NCBI GenBank assembly: GCA_900549225.1
Contig: URNP01000002.1
Span: 1,705 to 65,704 of the forward strand
Reading direction: 5' to 3'
Origin: an uncultured Eubacteriales bacterium
Lineage (GTDB): Bacteria; Bacillota; Clostridia; Christensenellales; CAG-917
DNA: 64,000 bases
Shown here: one piece after another, positions 43,482 to 53,931 of the stretch
Layout of the letters: every line of letters starts with the position of its first letter
How positions within the stretch are numbered: position 1 is the first letter of the stretch
Notes under the pieces: generated by a model
Database searches by the model: none
Seen by the model: the letters and a program-made list of their open reading frames with translations, nothing else
Told to the model about the DNA's origin: nothing
Program-made: the position numbers and the translations under genes

Positions 43482-44813
43482 ATGGCACTTTTTGAAAGTT
43501 TATCCGACAGAATGAACCATATATTCTCAAAACTCCGCAACAAAGGCAAGTTGACGGAACTTGAGATTAAGCAGGCTATGCGCGAAATCCGCGTGGCTTT
43601 GCTCGAAGCGGACGTAAACTACAACGTCGTGAAAGATTTCACGGCAAAGGTGAGCGAAAAGGCACTCGGAGAGGATATTCTCAAATCTCTTACTCCTGCG
43701 CAACAAATCGTAAAAATCGTCAACGAGGAATTGTGCGCTTTGATGGGCAGCACTCATCAGAAACTTGCCGTCAGCGACAAACAACCCACGATTTATATGA
43801 TGTGCGGTTTGCAAGGCGCGGGCAAAACCACCATGTGCGGCAAACTTGCAACCTATCTCAAAAAGCAAAACAAAAAAGTGCTTTTGGTTGCAGGGGATAT
43901 TTATAGACCTGCCGCAATTCAACAACTTCACGTCGTTGCGAAGAAAGCGAACACAGAGTGTTTCGATATGGGACAGATCGATCCCGTAAAGATCGCAAAA
44001 GCGGGCGTTGAATATGCACTCAAAAACGGCTACGATACGATGATCATCGATACGGCAGGTCGTTTGCATATCGACGAGGCGTTGATGCAGGAACTCGTCA
44101 ACGTCAAAAACGCCGTCAAGCCCACCGAGATTTTGCTCGTCGTGGACAGCATGACGGGTCAGGACGCCGTTACGGTTGCAGACACTTTCAACAAAAAACT
44201 CGATATCACCGGCGTTATTATGACGAAACTCGACGGAGATACGAGGGGCGGTGCGGCTCTGTCAATAAAGGCAGTGACGGGCAAGCCGATCAAGTTTAAC
44301 GGTACGGGCGAAAAGATGGAAGATCTCGAACCTTTCCATCCCGAACGCATGGCGTCGAGAATCCTCGGCATGGGCGACGTACTAACCCTCATCGAAAAAG
44401 CGGAAGCCGCAATATCGCAAGAGGAAGCGGTCAAACTCCAAAAGAAACTCAAAGAGAATTCTTTTGACCTCGAGGATTATCTCAGCCAACTCGACAGCAT
44501 GAAGAAGATGGGCAATCTTCAAGATATGATGTCGATGATCCCGGGCTTTTCGGGCAAACTCAAACAGGGCGCGCAAATCGACGAAAAGCAAATCGCACGA
44601 ACCAAAGCCATCATTCAATCGATGACGCCAAAGGAAAGACGAAATCCCGACATCATCAAAGCGTCGCAAAAGAAGCGCATATCGAAGGGTAGCGGAACTT
44701 CCATTCAGGAAGTCAATCAACTGCTCAAACAGTTTGAAATGACCAAAGATATGATGGCAAGAATGCAAAAGGGCGGACTTAAAGGTTTGAGAGGTTTGAA
44801 AGGACTTTTCTGA
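43482..44813 (+). CDS. ffh: signal recognition particle protein Ffh (SRP54)
   Basis: GLQGAGKTT, DTAGRLHID and TKLDGDTRGG motifs with a Met-rich M domain. Confidence 0.97.
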   Translation: MALFESLSDRMNHIFSKLRNKGKLTELEIKQAMREIRVALLEADVNYNVVKDFTAKVSEKALGEDILKSLTPAQQIVKIVNEELCALMGSTHQKLAVSDKQPTIYMMCGLQGAGKTTMCGKLATYLKKQNKKVLLVAGDIYRPAAIQQLHVVAKKANTECFDMGQIDPVKIAKAGVEYALKNGYDTMIIDTAGRLHIDEALMQELVNVKNAVKPTEILLVVDSMTGQDAVTVADTFNKKLDITGVIMTKLDGDTRGGAALSIKAVTGKPIKFNGTGEKMEDLEPFHPERMASRILGMGDVLTLIEKAEAAISQEEAVKLQKKLKENSFDLEDYLSQLDSMKKMGNLQDMMSMIPGFSGKLKQGAQIDEKQIARTKAIIQSMTPKERRNPDIIKASQKKRISKGSGTSIQEVNQLLKQFEMTKDMMARMQKGGLKGLRGLKGLF

Positions 44814-44899
44814 TAGAAAACCCCAAAAGTATTCTCAAAAACACGAAAATATAGAAATATATCAATAAAAATCTTATCACAAATGGAGGATTAACTATT

Positions 44900-45148
44900 A
44901 TGGTTAAACTTAGACTCACCAGAATGGGCGCAACAAAAGCACCTTTCTATCGTATCGTTGCAATGGATTCTCGCAAGGCAAGAGACGGCAAATATATTGA
45001 CCAAATCGGTTTCTACAATCCCGTTTCCGAACCCAAGCAAATCGTTATTGACGCCGACAAAGCAAAAGAATGGCTCGCAAAAGGCGCTCAACCCACCGAT
45101 ACGGTTATGGGCTTGCTCGTTTCTCAAGGCATCGTCGAGAAAAAGTAA
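44900..45148 (+). CDS. rpsP: 30S ribosomal protein S16
   Basis: [20 protein letters not shown]. Confidence 0.97.
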   Translation: MVKLRLTRMGATKAPFYRIVAMDSRKARDGKYIDQIGFYNPVSEPKQIVIDADKAKEWLAKGAQPTDTVMGLLVSQGIVEKK

Positions 45149-45160
45149 TTGGTGACGACA

Positions 45161-45400
45161 ATGATTGAACTGGTCGAATATCTTGTTTCATCTCTCGTCC
45201 CCGACGGAGATTACACCGTCGAGCAAAGAGATGCAAACAATGCAAACGACATCGTTATCACGATTGCGAAAAAAGACATCGGAAAGATTATCGGCAAGCA
45301 GGGCAGAATCGCAAAAGCAATCCGCACTCTCGTCAAATCCGCAAGTGCCAAGAGCAACGTGAGATACAACGTTGTCATCGAAGAGAAAGATGAAATCTGA
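45161..45400 (+). CDS. KH-domain RNA-binding protein (YlqC family)
   Basis: MIELVEYLVSSLV.. with GKIIGKQGRIAKAIRTL. The rpsP-KH-rimM order is conserved. Confidence 0.85.
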   Translation: MIELVEYLVSSLVPDGDYTVEQRDANNANDIVITIAKKDIGKIIGKQGRIAKAIRTLVKSASAKSNVRYNVVIEEKDEI

Positions 45401-45893
45401 ATTGACGATCGGCAAGGTGCTTAAACCGCGCGGACTGAAAGGCGAACTCAAAATCGAGTTGTACGCCTCGGATTCCGCACGGTTTTCTCACTTGAAAAGG
45501 CTCAAAATCGACGGAATCGAATACGGCATCGATCGCATTTCGCCCGAAGGAGCAATCGGTTACGTAAGTCTCGAAGGCATCGATACCGTCGAAAAAGCCG
45601 AAGCGTTGAGAGGAAAACTTATCACCGCAAACAGAAACGACCTTCCCAAACTTCCCGACGGAAAGTATTATATCGTCGATATGATAGGTCTTGACGTCGT
45701 CGTGTCGGGTGAAGTGGTCGGCGAAGTTTGCGACGTTTTGCAATACGGTTCTGCCGATGTTTACGTTGTCAAAAACGGCGCAAATTCGTTTAGTTTTCCG
45801 GCAATTTCCGGTCTTGTCAAACAGGTTGATCTCGATCTCGGCAAAATCGTGCTCGACGATATGATATTCCCGCGCGTAGTGGTCTACAATTGA
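45390..45893 (+). CDS. rimM: 16S rRNA processing protein RimM
   Basis: ELTIGKVLKPRGLKGELK start region, followed by a PRC barrel. Confidence 0.9.
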   Translation: MKSELTIGKVLKPRGLKGELKIELYASDSARFSHLKRLKIDGIEYGIDRISPEGAIGYVSLEGIDTVEKAEALRGKLITANRNDLPKLPDGKYYIVDMIGLDVVVSGEVVGEVCDVLQYGSADVYVVKNGANSFSFPAISGLVKQVDLDLGKIVLDDMIFPRVVVYN

Positions 45894-45902
45894 TTTATTG
45901 AT

Positions 45903-46622
45903 ATGAAATTTGACGTATTGACGATATTTCCCGAATATTTCGACGTCCTGAATCAAAGTCTTCTCGGCAAGGCAATCGATTCGGGCAAGTTCGGCGTGGA
46001 AATAACCAATATACGCGATTTTTCAACCGATAAGCATCTTAAAACCGACGATACGCCGTACGGTGGCGGTGCGGGGATGGTTATGACCCCCGATCCGATC
46101 GTTAGCGCCATCGAAGCGGTTGACCCTCGTCATGAAGCGTGGAGAGTTTATATGTCGCCTCGAGGCACGAAACTTTGTCAAAAGAAAGTCGAAGGTCTTG
46201 CAAAAGAGGGTAGAATCCTCATTTTGTGCGGCGATTACGAAGGCGTCGATCAACGCGCGCTCGATATCTGTATAGACGAGGAATTGTCAATCGGAGATTA
46301 CGTCCTTACGGGCGGTGAATTGCCTGCGCTCGTCGTCATAAACACCGTTGCAAGATATATCGACGGTGTGCTCGGTTCAAACGAATCGACTGAGGAAGAG
46401 AGTTTTTCAAACGGTCTTTTGGAATATCCGCAGTATACGCGCCCCGAAACCTACAGAGGTCGCACAGTTCCGCAAGTTTTGCTTGGTGGAAATCACAAAG
46501 ATATTGCAAAATGGAGAGAAGAAAAATCTCTTGAAATTACGATGAAGAATCGTCCCGACTTGCTTTTGGACGCGGACTTGAAATCGTATCTTCCTCAAAA
46601 GAAGAAAAAACGCCGTCGCTGA
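45903..46622 (+). CDS. trmD: tRNA (guanine37-N1)-methyltransferase
   Basis: MKFDVLTIFPEYF and YGGGAGMVM motifs. Confidence 0.96.
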   Translation: MKFDVLTIFPEYFDVLNQSLLGKAIDSGKFGVEITNIRDFSTDKHLKTDDTPYGGGAGMVMTPDPIVSAIEAVDPRHEAWRVYMSPRGTKLCQKKVEGLAKEGRILILCGDYEGVDQRALDICIDEELSIGDYVLTGGELPALVVINTVARYIDGVLGSNESTEEESFSNGLLEYPQYTRPETYRGRTVPQVLLGGNHKDIAKWREEKSLEITMKNRPDLLLDADLKSYLPQKKKKRRR

Positions 46623-46635
46623 TCGACGGTTTTTT
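46605..46635 (+). terminator. trmD terminator (overlaps the stop codon)
   Basis: Stem CCGTCG (46613-46618) / CGACGG (46624-46629), followed by TTTTTT. Confidence 0.65.
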
Positions 46636-46824
46636 GTAAAAGGGAGTTTTTGCGGATTGTGTGTCCGCAATTATTCCGTAACAAAATCAAACAAAAACGC
46701 ATTTATGGCGCAAAGTGTCATATAAGCGTTTTCTCAAAAACTTTCTGCTTTTTGGATAAATTAGTTGTCAAAATACCGCATTAGATTGTCGAAAAACGTT
46801 AAGTTTTTGAATCATGGAGCAACG

Positions 46825-47667
46825 ATGAACATTCAATGGTTTCCCGGTCATATGACGAAAGCGATAAGAATGATGGAGGACAATCTCCGTCTTGTCGACG
46901 CGCTCATTTACGTCATCGACGCAAGAGCGGTGTACTCTTGCGACAATCCGCTTTTCAACAAACTCTTGCAGGGCAAAAGAGTTCTTTACGTTTTCAACAA
47001 ATGCGATTTGGTTGAAAAGAACGATCTCGATTTGTGGTGCAAAGAATTTGAAAGACAAGGAAAACCTTACGTCAAGGCTATCGGCACGTCGGGAGATTGC
47101 TCTCAAATCGTTGCCGGTTTGAAAAAAGTCGTTGCAGACAAAATCGAAAAATACGCTCAAAAAGGCGCAAATATATCCGTCAGAGCAATGGTCGTCGGCG
47201 TTCCCAACAGTGGAAAATCCACGATCATCAACTCTATGGTCAAAAAGGCGAAGGCGGTGACGGGCGACAGACCCGGCGTGACGCGCGGCAAACAATGGCT
47301 TTCCATCGACAACGTGGACTTTTTGGATACGCCCGGTACGCTATGGGGAAAGTTTGAAGATCAGAAAGTTGCGCATCATCTTGCGTACATCGGCTCTATA
47401 AGGGAAGATATCCTCGACGTAAGCGAGTTGTGTTTCGACTTTATCGGCGAGATGAAAACTCTATATCCCGACGCCTTGAAAACTCGCTATAACCTTGAGG
47501 AATTGAGTGACGAAACCATTGAGATTTTCGAGAATATCGCAATTGCAAGAGGTTTTAAACTCAAAGGCAATCAACCCGATTACGAACGCACGGCAAAGAT
47601 GATTATCGACGAGTTCCGCAAAGGAAAACTCGGCAAAATTATGCTCGAAAAGCCGATAAAACGCTGA
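46825..47667 (+). CDS. rbgA: ribosome biogenesis GTPase A (YlqF)
   Basis: MNIQWFPGHM with circularly permuted GTPase motifs NKCDL .. GVPNSGKST .. DTPG. GGAG RBS before 46825. Confidence 0.9.
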   Translation: MNIQWFPGHMTKAIRMMEDNLRLVDALIYVIDARAVYSCDNPLFNKLLQGKRVLYVFNKCDLVEKNDLDLWCKEFERQGKPYVKAIGTSGDCSQIVAGLKKVVADKIEKYAQKGANISVRAMVVGVPNSGKSTIINSMVKKAKAVTGDRPGVTRGKQWLSIDNVDFLDTPGTLWGKFEDQKVAHHLAYIGSIREDILDVSELCFDFIGEMKTLYPDALKTRYNLEELSDETIEIFENIAIARGFKLKGNQPDYERTAKMIIDEFRKGKLGKIMLEKPIKR

Positions 47668-47756
47668 TTGAATTATAACCGCGCAATCGAGCGATTAAAA
47701 TTACCGTGCGCGAGGCAAAATCACTCTCGCAGTGCGAGAATATAGGTGCATCTTTG

Positions 47757-48386
47757 ATGCAACGTAAATTTACGCTTATGATAAAACCCGAAGAACTGAT
47801 GACGTATGAAAATCAACTCCGCGAAAAAGGTTATCGTTATATTTGCGGTGTGGACGAAGTGGGAAGAGGGCCTCTTGCAGGTCCTGTCACTTGCAGTGCC
47901 GTGATTATGGATCTTGATGATCTTATCGTTGGAGTCAACGACAGCAAAAAGGTGAGCAAAGGCAAACGTGAAAAACTTTTCGACGTGATTTTGTCCAAAG
48001 CGATTGCCGTTTCTACCGTTTCGTATCCGCCCGAAAAAATCGACGAGATGAATATCCTTAATGCAACCAAGGCGTGTATGGCGGACGCGATCACTTCGCT
48101 TGATGTAAAGCCCGATATCGTCATCGTTGATGCGCTTCAACTCGATATTCCTTACAAAACTTTCGGAATCATTCACGGCGATGCACTTTCGTATTCGATT
48201 GCTTCCGCATCGATCGTCGCAAAGGTGACGAGGGACAGATACATGGAAGAGATGGCAAAAATCTATCCGCAGTACGATTTCGAGCATAATATGGGATACG
48301 GCACGGCAAAGCATATTGCCGCACTCAAAGAGTTCGGACCGACCGAAATTCATCGCAGGTCGTTTATAGGAAACTTTGTGAAATGA
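47757..48386 (+). CDS. rnhB: ribonuclease HII
   Basis: ICGVDEVGRGPLAGPV catalytic motif. AGGTG RBS 8 nt before the ATG at 47757. Confidence 0.9.
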   Translation: MQRKFTLMIKPEELMTYENQLREKGYRYICGVDEVGRGPLAGPVTCSAVIMDLDDLIVGVNDSKKVSKGKREKLFDVILSKAIAVSTVSYPPEKIDEMNILNATKACMADAITSLDVKPDIVIVDALQLDIPYKTFGIIHGDALSYSIASASIVAKVTRDRYMEEMAKIYPQYDFEHNMGYGTAKHIAALKEFGPTEIHRRSFIGNFVK

Positions 48387-48850
48387 ACACGATATTTGCA
48401 GGGGATATAGGCGAGAAAATCGCTGTCGATTGCCTTGAGAAAGAAGGCTACGAAATCCTTGAGAGAAACACCAAATACTGTGACTGCGAAGTTGACGTGA
48501 TTTGTCGTTGTTATACCGACGAAAACGGCAATCTAATCAGGCAAAAAGCAGAAAATCACTTTGTGAAATTCGTGCATAAACTGCTCAAAATTCAGCCGCT
48601 TAAAAATGGCGAAACGACTATCGTTTTCGTTGAAGTTAAGACGAGATACGGAGATGAGTTCGGAGCGCCCGAAGAAGCGGTTACGCCCTACAAAGTCGGA
48701 AGATACGTAACGGCTGCAAAATCCTATCTGTATCAACACAAACTCAGCGGCGTAAACGTCAGATTCGATATCGTCGCAATAGACGAGGACGGCATACGCC
48801 ATATCGAAAACGCCTTTTACGCAGACGAGGCAAAGTATCCTCGAAAATAG
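48383..48850 (+). CDS. YraN/UPF0102 family endonuclease with an internal insertion
   Basis: GEKIAVDCLEKEGYEILERN .. EVDVICR .. IVFVEVKTR .. PEEAVTPYK. About 30 extra residues lie between the EVD and VEVKTR blocks. The start overlaps the rnhB stop. Confidence 0.7.
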   Translation: MNTIFAGDIGEKIAVDCLEKEGYEILERNTKYCDCEVDVICRCYTDENGNLIRQKAENHFVKFVHKLLKIQPLKNGETTIVFVEVKTRYGDEFGAPEEAVTPYKVGRYVTAAKSYLYQHKLSGVNVRFDIVAIDEDGIRHIENAFYADEAKYPRK

Positions 48851-49035
48851 AGCGCAAACCGCAAATCGTAAGCGAAAACTCGGCGAAAAGCAAAAAATTT
48901 GATTAAATGTAGGATTTTATTGTATTTTTGCTTGTTTAATATATTTATTTATGCTAATATAACACGCGTGACTCGGGTGTTCCGCCGAACAAGAGACGCT
49001 TGTCGTGAACATCGCGCAAATACAGGAGGTCAAAA

Positions 49036-49374
49036 ATGAACATTATCGACACCATCGAAAAAGAAGGTATGAAGCAGAATTTGCCTGCTATCGCAATCGG
49101 CGACACCGTCAAGGTCAACGTCAAAGTCGTTGAAGGTACGAGAGAACGTATCCAAACCTACGAAGGCATCGTCATCGCAAGAAAGAACGGCGGGATCCGT
49201 GAAACGATCGTCGTGCGTCGTATCGCATGCGGCGTCGGCGTTGAAAGAACGTTCCCGCTCCATTCTCCCAAGATCGACAGCATCCAAGTCGTTCGCCACG
49301 GCAAAGTAAGACGTGCAAAACTCTATTACTTGAAAGAAAGAACCGGTAAAGCGGCAAAACTCAAAGAAGTTTAA
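49036..49374 (+). CDS. rplS: 50S ribosomal protein L19
   Basis: [13 protein letters not shown].. with an AGGAGG RBS. An approximately 80-nt structured leader (48955-49020) follows a TTGCTT..TGCTAATAT promoter. Confidence 0.97.
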   Translation: MNIIDTIEKEGMKQNLPAIAIGDTVKVNVKVVEGTRERIQTYEGIVIARKNGGIRETIVVRRIACGVGVERTFPLHSPKIDSIQVVRHGKVRRAKLYYLKERTGKAAKLKEV

Positions 49375-49404
49375 TCGCATATCCCGTTTTTTTAGAGGAA
49401 CACA

Positions 49405-51531
49405 ATGAAAAAAAGATCTATTTTCATAGGTGCATTAGTGCTGGTATTCGTACTGGCACTTTTCGCATTTACGGCGTGCAACAACGCAGAGTCTCAAGAG
49501 GGTGTGAATCTCGTCACCAACGGCGATTTTTCATCAATGACGAACAAAAAGTTCGACGGATGGAAAGCATCATCTTCTAATTATTCTCAATATCAAGGTT
49601 CGAATGTTTCGGATTATTTTCTCAAAATCGAACACACCTCTGCATCCTACACATATCTCAGTCAATCGGTCAAGGTCGAAGTTAATAAAATTTACAAAGT
49701 TTCCGTCGGCATTAAAATTGATTCGGATCTTTCGGCAGCCCCCGGCGCATACGTCGCTTTTCTCGAAAACGTTGATTATAAATTCGTTACACACGAAAAG
49801 AAGTCAAACGGATTCGTTAAATGCACGTTCTACGTAAAGCCCAAAAACACCGACTATCTCACGATTGCTCTTTGCCTCGGTTCTGAAACAAGCAAGTGCA
49901 AGGGCACGGTGTACTTTGACAACGTTGAAGTGTCAAGAGTAGCGTCTGCTCCTTCGGGCGAAGTATGCGATTTCAGAAAGTCCAAGACCATCAACACCAA
50001 CGTTGACGTCAACGGCATCTGCTTCACGGTGCTTATGAGCGCGTTCGGCGTTGCTCTGCTTTGCTCGGCATACGTTTTGATTAGACGCTTGTATGCAAGA
50101 AGAGACGCTTTCGTGGACTTTGGCAAAACGACGTTTTACGACAAGAAGTCAACGACTCTTACAACCAAGTGGTATCAATCCAACGCATTCATTCTCAGTA
50201 TGATTTTGCTCGGTGCTGCCGCGCTCCGTCTTGTGATTTTGCTCACGATGTACGGCATGGGCAGTGAAATGGGCAACACGCTTACGATTGCAAGAAAATA
50301 CCTCGGCGTAAACAACGGCGTATTCAACTTTGCAGAGAAGATGGCTGCCACAAACACGACGGTCACTTATTCGCCGGGTGTGATTTACATTCTCGCAGTC
50401 CTCGGCTTCGTAGGTCAGGGTTTGAACGACGCTTCGCTTTCAATTTTGCTCCGCCTTATCAACGTTATCGCCGATTTGGCAGTCGTTGCAATGATCTATT
50501 TCTACGGCAAAAAGCAAGTCGGCAACAAACTCGCTACGATTTATGCAAGCGTATACGCTATGCTTCCGTTAGCACTCTTGATGAGCGGTCACGCAGGCAC
50601 TTTCGAGAGCCTTTTGATTGCTTTGGTCGTCGGCGCGTTGATTCTCACCGTAAACAAAAAGTATATCTCGACGTACTTCGTGATGACCCTTGCCGCAGTG
50701 CTCGACCTTAGAGCGTTGGCAATCGCGCCCATAATCGTTGCGTACTTCGTGTATATGTATATCAAAGACAACGACGATAAAAAGAAATTTACGTCCAACA
50801 GAGCGAAGATCGTGTTCGGTTTGCCTGCTTGCTTCGTGCTTGCATACGCGCTTACCATTCCTTGTGCGATTCATCAAATCGCGGCAGGGGACGCTTTCTA
50901 CGGATTCAAGATGATGATGGGACAAATGACCAACGTCAACTACTTCGTCAAGAACGCGTTCAACCTCTACGGTATGGTCGCAATGAACGGCAAATCCTCG
51001 CAAAAGAGTGTCGATATCCTCAACCTCATCTTCCTTTTGGTTTTGGAAGCGTACGTCATTTCGCTGTACTTCAAGAATCGCAACAAACAAGAGTTGTTGT
51101 TGCTTGCATCGTTCACTTTTGCGGTTATCGCAGTGTTCACGATCAAAGTGACTTACACTTATTTGTTCCTTGCAATCGCACTCGCATTCATCTTCACGAT
51201 GGTCAGCGGTGACAAGAGAATGTACTTCGTTATGAGCGGAATGTCCTTGCTCGGATTCCTCAATTACGCGCAACTTATGAATCAGAGCGGGTTCGTCAAG
51301 AGCGGTGTGATTTCAAACGCAATCACCAACTTTGAGACGACGGGCGCATTCTATATAGTGTTCTGCGTAATCACCGTTCTTCTCATCGGCTACTATGCCT
51401 ACGTGAGTTATTCGATAACCAACAACTCAAAGATCGTCGATATCAAGGCTATGCCGGAATCCGTCGGAAAAACTCTTTCCAACTTCTTCAAAGGCATCGG
51501 TGCAAAACTCAAAAAAGAAGACGTTGAATAA
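49405..51531 (+). CDS. polytopic membrane protein, GT-C/PMT-like glycosyltransferase fold, with an N-terminal extracytoplasmic CBM-like domain
   Basis: Signal/lipobox-like FAFTAC, then an approximately 170-aa beta-rich domain (NLVTNGDFS..GW) and at least 12 TM helices. Confidence 0.5.
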   Translation: MKKRSIFIGALVLVFVLALFAFTACNNAESQEGVNLVTNGDFSSMTNKKFDGWKASSSNYSQYQGSNVSDYFLKIEHTSASYTYLSQSVKVEVNKIYKVSVGIKIDSDLSAAPGAYVAFLENVDYKFVTHEKKSNGFVKCTFYVKPKNTDYLTIALCLGSETSKCKGTVYFDNVEVSRVASAPSGEVCDFRKSKTINTNVDVNGICFTVLMSAFGVALLCSAYVLIRRLYARRDAFVDFGKTTFYDKKSTTLTTKWYQSNAFILSMILLGAAALRLVILLTMYGMGSEMGNTLTIARKYLGVNNGVFNFAEKMAATNTTVTYSPGVIYILAVLGFVGQGLNDASLSILLRLINVIADLAVVAMIYFYGKKQVGNKLATIYASVYAMLPLALLMSGHAGTFESLLIALVVGALILTVNKKYISTYFVMTLAAVLDLRALAIAPIIVAYFVYMYIKDNDDKKKFTSNRAKIVFGLPACFVLAYALTIPCAIHQIAAGDAFYGFKMMMGQMTNVNYFVKNAFNLYGMVAMNGKSSQKSVDILNLIFLLVLEAYVISLYFKNRNKQELLLLASFTFAVIAVFTIKVTYTYLFLAIALAFIFTMVSGDKRMYFVMSGMSLLGFLNYAQLMNQSGFVKSGVISNAITNFETTGAFYIVFCVITVLLIGYYAYVSYSITNNSKIVDIKAMPESVGKTLSNFFKGIGAKLKKEDVE

Positions 51532-51560
51532 GTGATTTAATACTGAGCATTAACAATCGG

Positions 51561-51587
51561 AAACGGCACTCGTTGAGTGCCGTTTTT
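51561..51587 (+). terminator. intrinsic terminator
   Basis: Stem AAACGGCACT (51561-51570) / AGTGCCGTTT (51576-51585), followed by a T-run. Confidence 0.8.
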
Positions 51588-51601
51588 CATAGCCTTTTGC
51601 T

Positions 51602-51913
51602 ATGATAAAACCGCTTTACAACACAATATCGGCTATGTATAATGATCGTATGGATAACACGAGATACTATTTTGATTCAGACAACGAGTGCGTATTGGCT
51701 TACGATAGAGCCACGGATTTTTTTGCACAATACGATAATCGTCAGAAACGATGGACAATGAGCAATATATCTTTCACGCAATTTAAGCACGATTACAATT
51801 ACAAATTGATTGGCGAGGAAGAAGCACGAGCGTTGACAGACGACAATTTGCCTGACCGATTGTATGCAGAGTATGTTGCGATAATCAACGATAATAGGAA
51901 TGCAAATAAATAA
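51602..51913 (+). CDS. hypothetical protein (103 aa), no recognisable domain
   Basis: ORF bracketed by two terminators, with no clear SD. It is D/N/Y-rich and more AT-rich than its neighbours. Confidence 0.35.
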   Translation: MIKPLYNTISAMYNDRMDNTRYYFDSDNECVLAYDRATDFFAQYDNRQKRWTMSNISFTQFKHDYNYKLIGEEEARALTDDNLPDRLYAEYVAIINDNRNANK

Positions 51914-51946
51914 CTTTGACACAATCCGTTCTGAAAAGAATATATT

Positions 51947-51976
51947 AAAAGCACCGCGGAATGCGGTGCTTTTTTC
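51947..51976. terminator. bidirectional terminator (hypothetical gene / glyQS)
   Basis: Stem AAAAGCACCGC (51947-51957) / GCGGTGCTTTT (51963-51973). Confidence 0.8.
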
Positions 51977-51996
51977 GTGTATCCGATGATACGAAA

Positions 51997-53382
51997 TCAA
52001 TACTTGAATTGCTCGGTGAAGTAACCCACAAGACTGTCGATGGGGAGGCGAACCTGAGCCATCGTGTCACGCTCACGTACCGTTACGCAACCGTCTTCGA
52101 GAGTGTCGAAGTCAACGGTGACGCAGTATGGCGTGCCGATTTCGTCTTGACGACGATATCTCTTGCCGATTGAAGCTGAGGTGTCGAAGTCGCACGCAAA
52201 GTGCTTGGAAAGTGCGATATAAAGTTCTTCCGCTTTTTCGTTGAGTTGTTTTTGCAAGGGAAGGACTGCAACTTTGATCGGTGCGAGTGCGTGGTGCAAG
52301 TGAAGCACGACTCTCGTATCGTTTTCGCCGACTTGCTCTTCGTCGTATGCGTCGCAGAGGAATGCAAGGAAAACGCGGTCTGCACCGAGCGACGGTTCAA
52401 CTACGTAAGGAACGTATTTTTCGTTGGTGACGGGATCGATATAACTCAAATCCTTGCCCGAAGTCTTCATATGTTGATTGAGGTCGTAATCCGTACGATC
52501 CGCAACACCCCAGAGTTCACCCCAACCGAACGGGAATTTATACTCGAAGTCCGTGGTCGCTTTTGAATAGAAGCAGAGTTCCTCTTTGTCGTGGTCGCGA
52601 AGTTTGAGATTTTCGTCTCTCATACCGAGGTCGAGAAGCCATTGATGGCAGAAATTCTTCCAGTAGGAGAACCATTCGAGGTCCGTTCCGGGTTTGCAGA
52701 AGAATTCAAGTTCCATTTGTTCAAACTCACGGATGCGGAAAATGAAGTTGCCGGGAGTGATTTCGTTGCGGAAACTTTTGCCGATTTGTCCGATTCCGAA
52801 AGGAATCTTTTTGCGAGTGGTGCGTTGAACGTTTTTGAAGTTTACGAATATACCTTGTGCAGTTTCGGGGCGGAGATACACGGTTGACGTGGTGTCTTCC
52901 GTGACGCCGATAAACGTCTTGAACATAAGGTTGAATTTCCTTACGCCCGTGAAGTTTGAATTGCCGCATACGGGGCAGGGGATCTTGTGCTCGATGATGT
53001 ATTGTTCCATCTGTTCGTTGCTCCAACCTGCAATATTTTCTTCGATGCCGTGTTTTGCGTTGTAGTCTTCGATGAGGTCGTCCGCACGATGACGTGATTT
53101 GCAGGATTTGCAATCCATCAAAGGATCGGAAAAACCGCCGATATGACCGCTCGCTTGCCACGTGGTCGGGTTCATAATGATTGCGCTGTCAAGGCCTACG
53201 TTGTAGGGATTTTCCACGACGAATTTTTTCCACCAGGCTTGCTTGATATTGTTCTTGAGTTGAACGCCGAGAGGGCCGTAGTCCCAAGAGTTTGCAAGTC
53301 CGCCGTAGATTTCGCTGCCGGGGTAGACGAAACCGCGATTTTTTGCGAGGGCAACGAGTTTGTCCATTGTAAGTTGTGCCAT
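51997..53382 (-). CDS. glyQS: glycyl-tRNA synthetase (class II, alpha2 type)
   Basis: [28 protein letters not shown] start after a GGAG RBS. About 461 aa. Confidence 0.95.
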   Translation of the reverse strand: MAQLTMDKLVALAKNRGFVYPGSEIYGGLANSWDYGPLGVQLKNNIKQAWWKKFVVENPYNVGLDSAIIMNPTTWQASGHIGGFSDPLMDCKSCKSRHRADDLIEDYNAKHGIEENIAGWSNEQMEQYIIEHKIPCPVCGNSNFTGVRKFNLMFKTFIGVTEDTTSTVYLRPETAQGIFVNFKNVQRTTRKKIPFGIGQIGKSFRNEITPGNFIFRIREFEQMELEFFCKPGTDLEWFSYWKNFCHQWLLDLGMRDENLKLRDHDKEELCFYSKATTDFEYKFPFGWGELWGVADRTDYDLNQHMKTSGKDLSYIDPVTNEKYVPYVVEPSLGADRVFLAFLCDAYDEEQVGENDTRVVLHLHHALAPIKVAVLPLQKQLNEKAEELYIALSKHFACDFDTSASIGKRYRRQDEIGTPYCVTVDFDTLEDGCVTVRERDTMAQVRLPIDSLVGYFTEQFKY

Positions 53383-53629
53383 AATGATAACTCCTTTCGC
53401 ACTCATCCGGATGATGAGCCGATAATTATTGTGAATAAATAATAATGTATACTGACGAAAATGTCAATTTTCCGATAAACAATTGCTCATTTATTGTGCG
53501 AATTGTCGCGTTACGAAACAAAACGCGCCGCCGTTTAAGGTGACGCGCTTGTGTCGATGGCAAAATAAACTGCTTTTGGCGATTCGAGCGACCGTTTACA
53601 ATCGTATTTAATCGCCGCTTAGTCGCATT

Positions 53630-53824
53630 TTATTTGCAGCAGCCACAGCCGTTGCCTCCGCCGCAAATGCAGGAGAGGATGAGAATGAGCCACACGATGT
53701 CGCAACTGCCGATTCCGCCCATATTGCCGCCGCAACCGCAGTTGTTGAGGAGCATCAAGAGCAAAATGATATCACAGCAATTGCAGCCGCATCCGTTTGC
53801 ACCGTTTGTAAAGAATCCGTTCAT
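53630..53824 (-). CDS. Cys/Gly-rich small membrane peptide, tandem tiny-TM (YjcZ-like) architecture
   Basis: 64 aa: MNGFFTNGANGCGCNCCDIILLLMLLNNCGCGGNMGGIGSCDIVWLILILSCICGGGNGCGCCK. It has 12 Cys and 15 Gly, and two hydrophobic cores each flanked by CG-rich runs. A strong AAGGAGG RBS lies 8 nt upstream. Confidence 0.55.
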   Translation of the reverse strand: MNGFFTNGANGCGCNCCDIILLLMLLNNCGCGGNMGGIGSCDIVWLILILSCICGGGNGCGCCK

Positions 53825-53931
53825 TTTATGTACCTCCTTATATATTCGGATTTCTCCTACATTACCTTACGCAACCTTCGAAATTTGTGTGACAGAGGCA
53901 TTGAAAGAAGGACAACAAAATATAATTTCTC

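Noticed and set aside
48955-49020. Possible L19 (rplS) autoregulatory leader
   Set aside because: An approximately 80-nt GC-richer leader with short stems precedes rplS. I cannot verify the L19-leader consensus from memory, so it is mentioned only in the rplS evidence.
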